Shown here in pieces: positions 35,874-45,260 of a stretch of 64,000 nucleotides of DNA; positions within the stretch are counted from its first letter, which is position 1, and each line of letters starts with the position of its first letter. Both the position numbers and the translations under genes were made by a program. The notes under the pieces are model-generated. The model saw only the letters and a list, made by a program, of their open reading frames with translations, made no database searches and had not been told where the DNA came from. Where the stretch lies: NCBI GenBank assembly GCA_017483605.1, contig JAFUWG010000053.1:1986-65985 (forward strand), in the 5' to 3' direction. The stretch is from Bacteroidaceae bacterium (GTDB lineage Bacteria; Bacteroidota; Bacteroidia; Bacteroidales; Bacteroidaceae).

Positions 35874-36497
35874 TTACATCCAACTGATTAAGATAAACGT
35901 CATGGCACAGGCGTATCCGATGCCAAAGCCCACCAGCACCTGAGCCAAACTGTGCTGACGGAGAATGATTCGACTGGTGCCGAGTGCCCCTGAAAGCATC
36001 AACAAGCCGCAGAAAGGCCACACAGGATTGTAGAAGAACAAAATGCTGAACGCGTTGAGTGCCCCCACCAAACCACCCATGCCGACCATGTGCGTGCTGA
36101 CCTTCCACCATGCATTGACGGTGATGCAGATAATCTGGGATATCAGTGCCGCCATCACCACCCCACGGAAAAACATCGCCGTGTTCATCTTCGTCATCAC
36201 CGTGAGGCAAGTGGCATAACTGAGCAGTGCCACGATGTAAGGCATGTGGCGATGCTCTCGGTGGCTCAGTTCCAGATGCGTCCATTTCTTGAAGATGCGG
36301 AAGAGCGTAATGCCGATGGTCGGCACAAACACCGTGAAGAAATACACCATGCAGACAATGAACAACTTATATCCCCAGGGCAACATCTTCAGATAACTGA
36401 ACAGGAACAGCCCGAAGAACACCCACAGCGGGGCGTACAAAGGGTTGAAAAGCGACGAAAGCACTTTTGCCATTCGAATCAGTTGTTTATCACTCAT
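35874..36497 (-). CDS. PAP2-family membrane phosphatase
   Basis: 207 aa, multi-TM. KVSTHMVG and SRIILRQHSLAQV resemble PAP2 motifs C2/C3. Confidence 0.65.
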   Translation of the reverse strand: MSDKQLIRMAKVLSSLFNPLYAPLWVFFGLFLFSYLKMLPWGYKLFIVCMVYFFTVFVPTIGITLFRIFKKWTHLELSHREHRHMPYIVALLSYATCLTVMTKMNTAMFFRGVVMAALISQIICITVNAWWKVSTHMVGMGGLVGALNAFSILFFYNPVWPFCGLLMLSGALGTSRIILRQHSLAQVLVGFGIGYACAMTFILISWM

Positions 36498-36553
36498 ATT
36501 CCGTATCTGGTATTTCTTTTCTTATTTATCTCTTTCCAAAACGCTCTCCCCGG

Positions 36554-38074
36554 TCATCCACGCCGATTGCTGACCGACGGGATGCCCAACTCCACACGAT
36601 ATTTGGCGATGGTTCGGCGAGCCAGCGTCATTCCTCTTTTCTTCATCACCTCCACCAGTTGGTCGTCTGTGTAAGGAGCCCGCTTGTCCTCCTGTTCGAT
36701 AATCTCTTGCAGCATCTCCTTCACCCGACGCCCGTCAATCTCCTCGCCTGCCGCATTCTTTCGGGTGAGTTTGAAGAAGTCGGAAAGCGGATAAATCCTG
36801 CCATCGACCGATGCACATTTGGAGTTGCACACTCGCGAAACGGTTGACACATCATAGCCAGAGCGTTTTGCCACATCTTCCATCACCAGCCGCACCTTGT
36901 CGTCCTCGTCTTTCGTCAGGAAATACTTGTGCTGCAGGTCGATGATGGCTTTCATCGTTTCATACAACGTGCGTCGCCGCTGCTTCACCGACTCGATGAA
37001 CATCTGTGCCGCCTCTATCTTCTGACGCGTATAAAGTGCCCCCTCCTTTTCGCTTCGGGTCAACTTGCCCGGATGACTCTGATACATCTTGAGTTGGTCA
37101 AGGTATTCCTTGCTGACGTGCAGCCGTGGCACCTCGCCACTGCAAAGCCTCATCTGCACCTCTCCATTGGGGTCAGTTTCCACGATGAAATCGGGAATTT
37201 GTGTCTGCACACGGTCGGTCGTCGCCTCACTCAGCGCAAAGCCCGGATTCACATTCAATTTCTTAAAGTCTTCAAACAGGGCGTCCATCTGCACCGAGGA
37301 GATGCCCAGTTTACTCTTCAGGCGTTCCTTATTTCTGTTGATGAACAAATCGTAGTGGTCGGCAATGATTTTTCGTTCCAACAGCAGCACTTTCTCCCGC
37401 AGTTCCGAGATGGGCTCTTCGTCATTGTTCAGTTGGCGGTCTATCTGCAACAGCAGGCATTCCTGGGTGGAACGGGCACCGATGCCGGCTGGGTCAAAAC
37501 TCTGCAGAATGCGAAGCACCTCCTCCACTTCCTTTTCCGACACATATAAGTATTCCTTGAACGCCAATTCGTCCGTAATTGTCGATAGCGACCGGTCGAT
37601 AAAGCCGCGATTGTCAAGCGAACCTATCAAATACCGCAGAATTTTCTCTTGCTCTTCGGTCAGGTCGTAGTTCAGCATTTGAGCCTCCAGATACTCGATG
37701 AATGAGCCGCTGTCACCCAACGGAAGTTCGTTGCGGTCGTCACTCCCATTGTTTGCCGCATACACCGGGAGGTCATCGTCGCCATACATCGAGAGGTCGT
37801 TCATTTGCTCTCCGTCAGAATCCCCGTATGGGTCAACACCCGTGTCGTTTTGGTCGATTTCATCGGCAGAATTGGCACCATCCTCGTCCTGTTCATCCAC
37901 CCTTTCGCCAGGTCCTTCCTCCAAGGCAGGATTGTCCATCACCTCCTTCTTCACCTCCTGTTCAAATTCGGCAAGAGGCATCTCCAGCAACTTCACAAGT
38001 TGCAGTTGCTGCAACGAGAGGTGAAGTTGTTGCTCCATCTTCTGGGTCTGGGTTTGGGTCAATGTCTGTGGCAT
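36554..38074 (-). CDS. rpoN: RNA polymerase sigma-54 factor
   Basis: Start MPQTLTQTQTQKMEQQLHLSLQQLQ (Gln/Leu-rich region I). An acidic region. C-terminal RpoN box ARRTIAKYR. Track ORF has a 20-codon extension. Confidence 0.9.
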   Translation of the reverse strand: MPQTLTQTQTQKMEQQLHLSLQQLQLVKLLEMPLAEFEQEVKKEVMDNPALEEGPGERVDEQDEDGANSADEIDQNDTGVDPYGDSDGEQMNDLSMYGDDDLPVYAANNGSDDRNELPLGDSGSFIEYLEAQMLNYDLTEEQEKILRYLIGSLDNRGFIDRSLSTITDELAFKEYLYVSEKEVEEVLRILQSFDPAGIGARSTQECLLLQIDRQLNNDEEPISELREKVLLLERKIIADHYDLFINRNKERLKSKLGISSVQMDALFEDFKKLNVNPGFALSEATTDRVQTQIPDFIVETDPNGEVQMRLCSGEVPRLHVSKEYLDQLKMYQSHPGKLTRSEKEGALYTRQKIEAAQMFIESVKQRRRTLYETMKAIIDLQHKYFLTKDEDDKVRLVMEDVAKRSGYDVSTVSRVCNSKCASVDGRIYPLSDFFKLTRKNAAGEEIDGRRVKEMLQEIIEQEDKRAPYTDDQLVEVMKKRGMTLARRTIAKYRVELGIPSVSNRRG

Positions 38075-38093
38075 ACCAAAACGAATTTGTGTA

Positions 38094-38101
38094 CAAAGAT
38101 A
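38094..38101 (-). promoter_or_regulatory. -7 promoter box TATCTTTG (rpoN operon)
   Basis: TAnnTTTG match about 19 nt upstream of ATG 38074. Confidence 0.5.
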
Positions 38102-38220
38102 GCACAAAAAGAGGGGTGAACAAAATAAAATCATTTATTTTTTCAGGTGAATACCCCCTCTCTTATTTAAAGATGTATAAAAAGAGAGCGTAAACAACAA
38201 CAGGAATGAAAAAAAATAAT

Positions 38221-38228
38221 TATATTTG
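38221..38228 (+). promoter_or_regulatory. -7 promoter box TATATTTG (dnaE)
   Basis: TAnnTTTG match about 226 nt upstream of the dnaE ATG. The 109-bp palindromic element lies between this box and the ATG. Confidence 0.45.
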
Positions 38229-38305
38229 CAAATCGAAAACCGCACAAAAAGGTGATGCCGAGGGGCGTTCTGAGGCTGCGTCTTCACGCCTACCGGGCAA
38301 GGAGT

Positions 38306-38414
38306 CTTAAAACTAAACTTAGATTTTATAAAATTCAAGTTAGATTTATATAAATTTAAGTTCAATTTTATAAAATTTAAGTTGAATTTTATAAAATCTA
38401 AGTTTAGTTTTAAG
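38306..38414. repeat. 109-bp AT-rich palindromic element, copy A (iteron-like; possible MITE)
   Basis: Perfect 29-bp terminal inverted repeats (CTTAAAACTAAACTTAGATTTTATAAAAT at 38306-38334, reverse complement at 38386-38414). Four 12-bp AT palindromes start at 38323, 38344, 38365 and 38386, spaced exactly 21 bp apart. 108/109 identical to copy B. Confidence 0.9.
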
Positions 38415-38454
38415 AACACCTGCGGCAAAAGGCCATAAACAGACAGGAAGAGAC

Positions 38455-41400
38455 ATGGAAGATTTCATTCATCTGCACGTACATACGCAATATAGCATCC
38501 TTGACGGACAGGCTGCCATTCCGAAACTGGTGGACAAAGCCATCAAGAACGGGATGAAGGGCATGGCTGTGACCGACCACGGCAACATGTTCGGCATCAA
38601 GGAGTTTTTCAACTATTGCAACAAGGTGAACAAGGGGAAGGCCAAGGAGGAACAGTTCAAACCCATCTTTGGCTGTGAGGTCTATTGCGCCCGCCGCGAC
38701 TTGCATTCGAAAGAGAACAACGCCATCGACAAAAGCGGATGGCACCTCATCTTGCTGGCAAAGAACGAGATAGGCTACCACAACCTGGTCAAGATTGTGA
38801 GCGAGGCATGGGTGGATGGTTACTACCACCGCCCTCGAACCGACCACAAATCCATCGAGAAATATCACGAGGGGCTGATTGCCTCGTCGGCGTGCTTGGC
38901 TGGCGAAATTCCTCGCTACGTGATGAAGGGGCAGATTGAGGAGGCGGAAAAATCTATCGAATGGTTCAAGAGCCTTTTCGGGGAGGACTTCTACATCGAA
39001 CTGATGCGACACGAAGTGAAAGACCCGATGCAGCGAGCCAACCGCGACACCTTCAAGGAGCAGAAAGCCATTGAGCCCACGCTCATCGAACTGGCTAAAA
39101 AACATCAAGTTAAACTCATCTGCACCAACGACTCGCACTTTGTGGACGAGGAGAACGCCGAAGCGCACGACCGACTGCTGTGCCTCTCGACGGGCAAGGA
39201 CTTGGACGACCCCAACCGTATGCTCTACAGCAAACAGGAGTGGTTCAAGACGAAGGAGGAGATGAACGAGGTCTTCAAGGACATCCCCGAAGCCCTCAGC
39301 AACACCCTCGAGATTCTGGACAAAGTGGAGACCTACAGCATCGACCACGCCCCCATCATGCCTTTCTTTGCCATTCCCGAAGAATTTGGCACCGAGGAGC
39401 AGTGGCGACAGAAATTCACCGACGAGGACATTTTCAACGAGTTCACCCGCGACGAAAACGGGAATGTGGTGCTCACCCAGGAGGAAGCCGATAAAAAGAT
39501 TAAAAAACTCGGTGGAATCGACAAATTATACCGCATCAAGTTCGAAGCGGACTATCTGAAAGCCATCACCTACGAGGGGGCGAAGAAGTTGTATGGCGAC
39601 CCGATTCCTGACAGCGTGAAAACGCAGTTGGACTTTGAACTGCACGTGATGAAGACGATGGGTTTCCCCGGCTACTTCCTCATCGTGCAAGACTTCATCA
39701 ACTCTGCCCGCCAAGAGTTGGGCGTGTGGGTCGGTCCTGGTCGTGGTTCCGCTGCCGGAAGTGCCGTTGCCTACTGCTTGGGAATCACCAAGATAGACCC
39801 CATCAAATACGACCTGCTGTTTGAGCGTTTCCTCAATCCCGACCGTATTTCGCTGCCCGATATTGATACCGACTTCGACGACGACGGACGTGGCAAGGTG
39901 TTGCAATGGGTGACGGAGAAATATGGTGCAGAGAAGGTGGCACACATCATCACCTACGGCACGATGGCGACGAAACTGGCGATTAAGGACGTGGCAAGAG
40001 TGCAAAAAGTGCCGCTTTCAACGGTGAATGCACTGTGTAAGGCGATTCCCGACCGACTGCCCAACGGCAAGAAGATGAATCTTGCCAACGCCATCGAGTG
40101 TGTGCCGGAACTGAGGGATGCCGCCACATCGCCCGACCCGCTGCTGAGAGACACGATGCGGTTTGCACAGATGCTCGAGAACAACGTCCGCAACACGGGT
40201 GTTCATGCCTGCGGCACCATCATCTGCCGCGATGCCATCGACGATTGGGTGCCGGTGAGCACGGCGGACGACAAGGAGACAGGAGAGAAACTGAGGTGTA
40301 CCCAGTATGACGGGCACGTGATTGAGGAAACGGGACTCATCAAGATGGACTTCCTCGGCCTGAAAACCCTCTCGCAACTGAAAGAAGCGGTGGCGAACAT
40401 CAAGGAAAGTCTCGGCATCGACATTGATGTGGACGCATTCGACATCAAAGACCCCGCCACCTACCAACTCTACTGCGACGGACGCACCGTGGGTACGTTC
40501 CAGTTTGAATCGGCAGGTATGCAGAAGTATCTGCGAGAGTTGCAGCCGGGTGTGTTTGAGGACTTGATTGCCATGAACGCCCTCTATCGCCCAGGTCCAA
40601 TGGACTATATCCCCGATTTCATCGACAGAAAACAGGGCAGAAAGCCTATCGAATATGATATTCCTTGCATGGAGAAATACCTCAAGGATACCTACGGAAT
40701 TACGGTCTATCAGGAGCAGGTGATGCTTCTGTCGCGACAATTGGCAGACTTCACCCGTGGTGAAAGCGACGCCTTGCGTAAGGCAATGGGTAAGAAGAAG
40801 AAGGATATCGTCGATGCGATGAAACCGAAGTTTATCGAAGGCGGCAAGAAGAATGGACATGACCCCGCCGTACTCGATAAAATCTGGAGCGACTGGGAGA
40901 AATTCGCATCCTATGCCTTCAACAAGTCACACGCCACTTGCTATTCGTGGGTTGCCTACCAGACGGCTTTCCTCAAAGCGAACTTCCCTGCCCAGTTTAT
41001 GGCTGCGGTGATGAGCCGTTCGCTCGATAACATCTCGGAAATCAGGAAGTTGATGGACGAGTGTAAGCAGATGGGCATCAACACTTTGGGGCCAGACGTC
41101 AACGAATCCCGCTACAAATTCTCGGTCAACGTAGAAGGCGATATCCGCTTCGGAATGGCAGCCATCAAGGGTGTGGGCGAATCGGCGGTGCAAGCCATCA
41201 TCGACGAACGAGAGAAGAACGGGCCTTTCACTTCCGTCTTCGACTTCCTTGAGCGTGTGAACCTGTCGCAATGCAACAAGAAAAACATTGAAAATCTGGT
41301 GGTTGCAGGTGCATTCGACTGCTTCAAGAAAGAAATGACTCGCGAAACGTTCTTTGCCCCGGGACAAAGGCCTGGCGAAACGTTCCTCGATGTGCTGGTA

Positions 41401-42162
41401 CGCTACGGCAACAACTATCAGCAGGACAAATATCAGGCACAGACCTCACTTTTCGGAGCGATGAGCATTGCCGTGACACACCCTGCCCTGCCGAAGAACA
41501 TTCCCGAATGGGGCAATCTGGAACGCCTCAACAAAGAGCGTGAACTGGTCGGCATCTACCTCTCCGCCCACCCGCTGGATGAGTATTCGGTGGTGCTCGA
41601 TTATGCCTGCAACACCCACTTCACCCAACTGGAAGAGCAGAAAGAGGAACTGGCAAAACTGGAAGAAGTGACACTGGGCGGCATTGTATCCTCGGTTCGC
41701 ATCGGAGAAAGCAAAAACGGCAACCCTTATGGCATCGTCAAGATGGAAGACTTTGTCGGCAGCGGCGAACTGGCACTCTTTGGCAAAGACTGGGTGACCT
41801 TCCGCAACTTCTTCATGGAAGGGGCATCGCTCTACATCCGCCTGAAGTTCGAGCCAAACCGGTTCCGCCCCAACGTCTTCAACATGAATGTCAAGTCGGT
41901 GGAACTGCTGTCGGAGGTGAAAGACAAACTCATCCAGAAAATCACCTTCAACGTGGCACTCGACAAGTTGAGTTCGACGTTGGTGGAGGATTTGGCAGAG
42001 ATTGTGAAGGAGAATCCCGGCGATGCAGAACTCATCTTCAACATCCATTCGGCAGAAGGCAACAAAGTGGCACTCCTGTCACGGGCAGTCAAGGTGCGAG
42101 TGGAGAAGAACCTGATTCGCTACATCAAGGAGCATCCAGAAATTGAGATTGAAATCAACTAA
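38455..42162 (+). CDS. dnaE: DNA polymerase III alpha subunit
   Basis: 1235 aa. PHP domain start FIHLHVHTQYSILDG. Polymerase core PDIDTDF. C-terminal OB-fold region. Confidence 0.97.
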   Translation: MEDFIHLHVHTQYSILDGQAAIPKLVDKAIKNGMKGMAVTDHGNMFGIKEFFNYCNKVNKGKAKEEQFKPIFGCEVYCARRDLHSKENNAIDKSGWHLILLAKNEIGYHNLVKIVSEAWVDGYYHRPRTDHKSIEKYHEGLIASSACLAGEIPRYVMKGQIEEAEKSIEWFKSLFGEDFYIELMRHEVKDPMQRANRDTFKEQKAIEPTLIELAKKHQVKLICTNDSHFVDEENAEAHDRLLCLSTGKDLDDPNRMLYSKQEWFKTKEEMNEVFKDIPEALSNTLEILDKVETYSIDHAPIMPFFAIPEEFGTEEQWRQKFTDEDIFNEFTRDENGNVVLTQEEADKKIKKLGGIDKLYRIKFEADYLKAITYEGAKKLYGDPIPDSVKTQLDFELHVMKTMGFPGYFLIVQDFINSARQELGVWVGPGRGSAAGSAVAYCLGITKIDPIKYDLLFERFLNPDRISLPDIDTDFDDDGRGKVLQWVTEKYGAEKVAHIITYGTMATKLAIKDVARVQKVPLSTVNALCKAIPDRLPNGKKMNLANAIECVPELRDAATSPDPLLRDTMRFAQMLENNVRNTGVHACGTIICRDAIDDWVPVSTADDKETGEKLRCTQYDGHVIEETGLIKMDFLGLKTLSQLKEAVANIKESLGIDIDVDAFDIKDPATYQLYCDGRTVGTFQFESAGMQKYLRELQPGVFEDLIAMNALYRPGPMDYIPDFIDRKQGRKPIEYDIPCMEKYLKDTYGITVYQEQVMLLSRQLADFTRGESDALRKAMGKKKKDIVDAMKPKFIEGGKKNGHDPAVLDKIWSDWEKFASYAFNKSHATCYSWVAYQTAFLKANFPAQFMAAVMSRSLDNISEIRKLMDECKQMGINTLGPDVNESRYKFSVNVEGDIRFGMAAIKGVGESAVQAIIDEREKNGPFTSVFDFLERVNLSQCNKKNIENLVVAGAFDCFKKEMTRETFFAPGQRPGETFLDVLVRYGNNYQQDKYQAQTSLFGAMSIAVTHPALPKNIPEWGNLERLNKERELVGIYLSAHPLDEYSVVLDYACNTHFTQLEEQKEELAKLEEVTLGGIVSSVRIGESKNGNPYGIVKMEDFVGSGELALFGKDWVTFRNFFMEGASLYIRLKFEPNRFRPNVFNMNVKSVELLSEVKDKLIQKITFNVALDKLSSTLVEDLAEIVKENPGDAELIFNIHSAEGNKVALLSRAVKVRVEKNLIRYIKEHPEIEIEIN

Positions 42163-42198
42163 ATAACACACATTATTCACTTTAAAAACTGTACAACT

Positions 42199-42510
42199 AT
42201 GGTTATCAACGATTCAAACTACAGCGAAGTAGCAGCACAGGGCAAGCCAATGATGCTTGACTTCTGGGCAACATGGTGCGGTCCTTGCCGCAAAGTAGGT
42301 CCTACAATTGAGGAACTTGCCAAAGAGTATGAAGGCAAAGTCATCGTAGGCAAAGTAAACATCGAAGAGGAAGCCGACGACCTCGTGGCAGAGTTTGGCA
42401 TCCGCAACATCCCAACCGTGATGTTCATCAAGAACGGTCAGATTGTGGACAAAGTGGTGGGTGCCGCTCCCAAAAGCACTTACGAAGAGAAAATCAAGGC
42501 ATTACTGTAA
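42199..42510 (+). CDS. trxA: thioredoxin
   Basis: 103 aa. WATWCGPC active site. Confidence 0.95.
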   Translation: MVINDSNYSEVAAQGKPMMLDFWATWCGPCRKVGPTIEELAKEYEGKVIVGKVNIEEEADDLVAEFGIRNIPTVMFIKNGQIVDKVVGAAPKSTYEEKIKALL

Positions 42511-42839
42511 TGGCAAACATTGACGACGAAATCCTCAGAGGCGCAGAAGAAGACGCTAAAGAGGTTGCCTTCATCATGAACTACATCGGTTCCGAGAACC
42601 GAGAGGTGTTCACCGAAGAAGACATCTATTACTGCCTTGACGTTCTGCTGGAATACCTTGACAACATGAATGACAAGGCTGACGCTGACGGTTTCATCGA
42701 CATTGATGCTGAAGAAATTGCCAAACACATCCAGAAAAAGGCAAAAAAAGAAGGCATGGGTCCTTACGAACTCGATGCCTTAGTCCTTTTGATTGATGCC
42801 GAACTGGAATACAACGAACAACTCGACAATGAAGAGTGA
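42510..42839 (+). CDS. small acidic protein (hypothetical)
   Basis: 109 aa, Asp/Glu-rich. ATG overlaps the trxA stop (TAATG). Confidence 0.5.
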   Translation: MANIDDEILRGAEEDAKEVAFIMNYIGSENREVFTEEDIYYCLDVLLEYLDNMNDKADADGFIDIDAEEIAKHIQKKAKKEGMGPYELDALVLLIDAELEYNEQLDNEE

Positions 42840-42866
42840 AAAAATGAAGAATGAAAAGTGAAGAAT
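42831..42866 (+). repeat. GTGAA(A/G)A-family purine-rich repeat
   Basis: GAAGAGTGAAAAAATGAAGAATGAAAAGTGAAGAAT spans the stop codon of the 109-aa acidic protein gene. Confidence 0.7.
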
Positions 42867-42914
42867 CGGCTGACGCGATGCACACAAGCCGCATGGCGAT
42901 TCCTCTTTCTTCAT

Positions 42915-43325
42915 TCAAAACCTGACCACTCTTCCTCCATCCTTCTCCTCCTCGATCGTGACTTTCACAGCATCTTCGGGGAGGAGATTTTCTATCAGTT
43001 CAGGCCATTCCATGAAGCACACATTGCCTGAATAGACATAATCTTCATAACCGATGTCCAAGACTTCCTGCTCCTTCTTGATGCGATAGAAGTCAAAGTG
43101 ATAGATGGGTTCACCCCGTCCGTCCACATACTCATTCACAATGGCAAACGTGGGTGAGTTAATCACATCCTCCACACCCAACTGCTCACACACCGCCTTG
43201 ATGAAGGTCGTCTTTCCTGCCCCCATCTTACCATAGAAGGCAAAAACACGGTTTTCGCCCATTTCATCGATGAACTTGGCTGCTGCCTCAGCGATTTCAT
43301 CGACCGTTTTTATCTTGATTTCCAT
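42915..43325 (-). CDS. tsaE: tRNA t6A37 biosynthesis ATPase TsaE
   Basis: 136 aa. Walker A FYGKMGAGKTTFIKAV. SPTFAIVNEY motif. Confidence 0.9.
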   Translation of the reverse strand: MEIKIKTVDEIAEAAAKFIDEMGENRVFAFYGKMGAGKTTFIKAVCEQLGVEDVINSPTFAIVNEYVDGRGEPIYHFDFYRIKKEQEVLDIGYEDYVYSGNVCFMEWPELIENLLPEDAVKVTIEEEKDGGRVVRF

Positions 43326-43357
43326 ATCTTTTTGAGTTGCAAATTTGTCCGACGAAA

Positions 43358-44908
43358 CTATTTTTTCCGCTTGCTCTGCATCGTTATGAGCGGGACGAGC
43401 ATCTCCTCCATGCTGATGCCGCCATGCTGGAACGTGTTCTTGTAGTAACTGACGTAATAGTTATAGTTGTTGGGATAGGCAAAGAAGTCATCATTCTGAG
43501 CATAGATGTAGGTCGTGCTGATGTTGGGCGAAGGGAGGAATGCCGCCTTCGGAGCCTTCATTTCATACACCTGCTTCGGGTTGTAACTCAAGTTCTTGCC
43601 CAACTTATAGCGAAGATTGGTGTTGGTGTTCTTGTCGCCAATCACCTTGATAGGGTTGTTCACACGGATGGAGCCGTGGTCGGTCGTGATGATGATTTTC
43701 GCATCCGTCTTTGCCAGTTCCTTGAAGAGTTCCCGCACAGGCGAATTGTGAAACCACGATGCCGTGATACTGCGGTAGGCCCGTTCGTCGCTTGCCAGTT
43801 CACGCACCATTCGCGACTCCGTGCGGGCGTGGCTGAGCATGTCGATAAAGTTGATGACCAGCACATTCAAGTCGTTGTTCATCAGGTTCTTAAACCTATC
43901 CACAATCTTTTCCGACTCCGACGAGTTATTCAACTTAAAATAAGAGAACGTGTTCTTTCGACGGTATCGGTCCAGTTGAGTCTGAATCAGCGGCTCCTCG
44001 TTCAGATTCTTGCCCTCCTCCTCATCTTCATCCACCCACAGTTCGGGATACATCTGTGCAATCTGGCTCGGCATTAACCCCGAGAAGATGGCATTGCGAG
44101 CATATTGAGTGGCAGTAGGCAAGATGCTCAGGTACAGACGCTCGTCAAACACAAACTCGTCAGCCAAGTCCTTCGAAATCTCACGCCACTGGTCGTAACG
44201 GAAATTGTCAAACACCACCAGAAAAACCTTCTCGCCCTGATTCAGCAGCGGAAAGATGGTCCGCTTGAACACATCAGGCGACATGAGCGGACGTTCCTCG
44301 CTGTTCTGCATCCACTGCAGGTAGTTTTTCCGCACAAACTTCGCAAACTCCTTGTTCGCCTCCGCCTTCTGCATCTTCAGCATCTCCGTCATCTCGCTAT
44401 TCGTCTCCGCCAGTTCCAACTCCCAGAACACCAGACGCTTATACACCTCCTTCCATTCTTCCAGCGTATAAGAGTCGTTGATTTGCATACCGATGTCTGA
44501 GAAGTTCTGCTGATACCCCTTGTTCGTCACCTCCGTCTCAATCTCCCGTTTGTGCAGATGCTTCTTCAGCGTCAAGAAAATCTGGTTCGGATTGACTGGC
44601 TTAATCAGGTAATCTGCTATTTTCGAGCCAATTGCCTGATCCATGATGTTCTCCTCCTCGCTCTTCGTCACCATCACAATCGGGATGGTCGGATTGATTT
44701 CCTTAATCATCGACAGCGTCTCCAACCCGCTCAAACCAGGCATGTTTTCGTCCAAGAATATCAGGTCGAAGTTGCGTTCCCTGCACAAGTCCAACGCATC
44801 CTGACCATTGGTTGCCGTCACAACCTCATACTCCTTCTTTTCCAGGAAGATGACGTAAGCCTTCAGCAATTCAATCTCGTCATCCACCCACAGCAGTGTT
44901 CCGTTCAT
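43358..44908 (-). CDS. porX: PorX-type response regulator (CheY receiver plus PglZ/alkaline-phosphatase-like domain)
   Basis: Start MNGTLLWVDDEIELLKAY (receiver domain; phospho-acceptor region LIFLDENMPG). Long C-terminal PglZ-like domain (TTDHGSIRV). Track ORF has a 40-codon extension. Confidence 0.85.
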   Translation of the reverse strand: MNGTLLWVDDEIELLKAYVIFLEKKEYEVVTATNGQDALDLCRERNFDLIFLDENMPGLSGLETLSMIKEINPTIPIVMVTKSEEENIMDQAIGSKIADYLIKPVNPNQIFLTLKKHLHKREIETEVTNKGYQQNFSDIGMQINDSYTLEEWKEVYKRLVFWELELAETNSEMTEMLKMQKAEANKEFAKFVRKNYLQWMQNSEERPLMSPDVFKRTIFPLLNQGEKVFLVVFDNFRYDQWREISKDLADEFVFDERLYLSILPTATQYARNAIFSGLMPSQIAQMYPELWVDEDEEEGKNLNEEPLIQTQLDRYRRKNTFSYFKLNNSSESEKIVDRFKNLMNNDLNVLVINFIDMLSHARTESRMVRELASDERAYRSITASWFHNSPVRELFKELAKTDAKIIITTDHGSIRVNNPIKVIGDKNTNTNLRYKLGKNLSYNPKQVYEMKAPKAAFLPSPNISTTYIYAQNDDFFAYPNNYNYYVSYYKNTFQHGGISMEEMLVPLITMQSKRKK

Positions 44909-44928
44909 ATTTTTTCGTCCTTTATTTG

Positions 44929-44936
44929 CAAAGGTA
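44929..44936 (-). promoter_or_regulatory. -7 promoter box TACCTTTG (porX)
   Basis: TAnnTTTG match about 20 nt upstream of ATG 44908. Confidence 0.5.
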
Positions 44937-45069
44937 CGCATTTTCGCCACACCCACCAAACCCTCTCCCCACTTTTTAAGTTTTATTACCAATACCCCCA
45001 ACGTCACCCCCTCCGATGCCTCCACCACCCCACTTTCGTCACCCCCAAAGACACACGCCGCACACCCCC

Positions 45070-45141
45070 AAAGTGGTCTGAGTCACACCACCTCGGCGGT
45101 CTGAGTCACACCGCTTCGGTGGTCTGACTCAGACCACTTTT
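45070..45141. repeat. triple-palindrome REP-like element, copy 2
   Basis: AAAGT, GGTCTGAGTCACACC, ACCTCGGC, GGTCTGAGTCACACC, GCTTCGGT, GGTCTGACTCAGACC, ACTTTT. Same architecture as 28678-28750. Lies between the porW stop and the porX promoter. Confidence 0.85.
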
Positions 45142-45260
45142 GAGGCTTCGAGGGAACGTAAAAAGAGCCAATAGGCAAGGGGATAACAAAGACGCCCGAC
45201 CAAGGCAGAACCATGTGCGGAAAAAGCCTTTTCATGGCACACCCTCCTTGCGGGCATCCC

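Noticed and set aside
38135-38428. 97-aa ORF (MPQVFLKLNLDFIKFNLNFIKLNLNLYK...)
   Set aside because: Its periodic Leu/Asn/Phe/Lys sequence is simply the translation of the 21-bp-phased AT-rich repeat element. It also overlaps the dnaE promoter region.
38288-38432. Idea that the 109-bp element core is an invertible switch, because the flanks of copy A resemble the reverse complement of the opposite flanks of copy B (CCTTTTGC.G..G.TGTT)
   Set aside because: The flank similarity is short (14/18 on one side, weak on the other). A direct alignment (GGAGT ... ACC) explains the flanks about as well. There is no recombinase nearby, so I cannot support inversion from this window alone.
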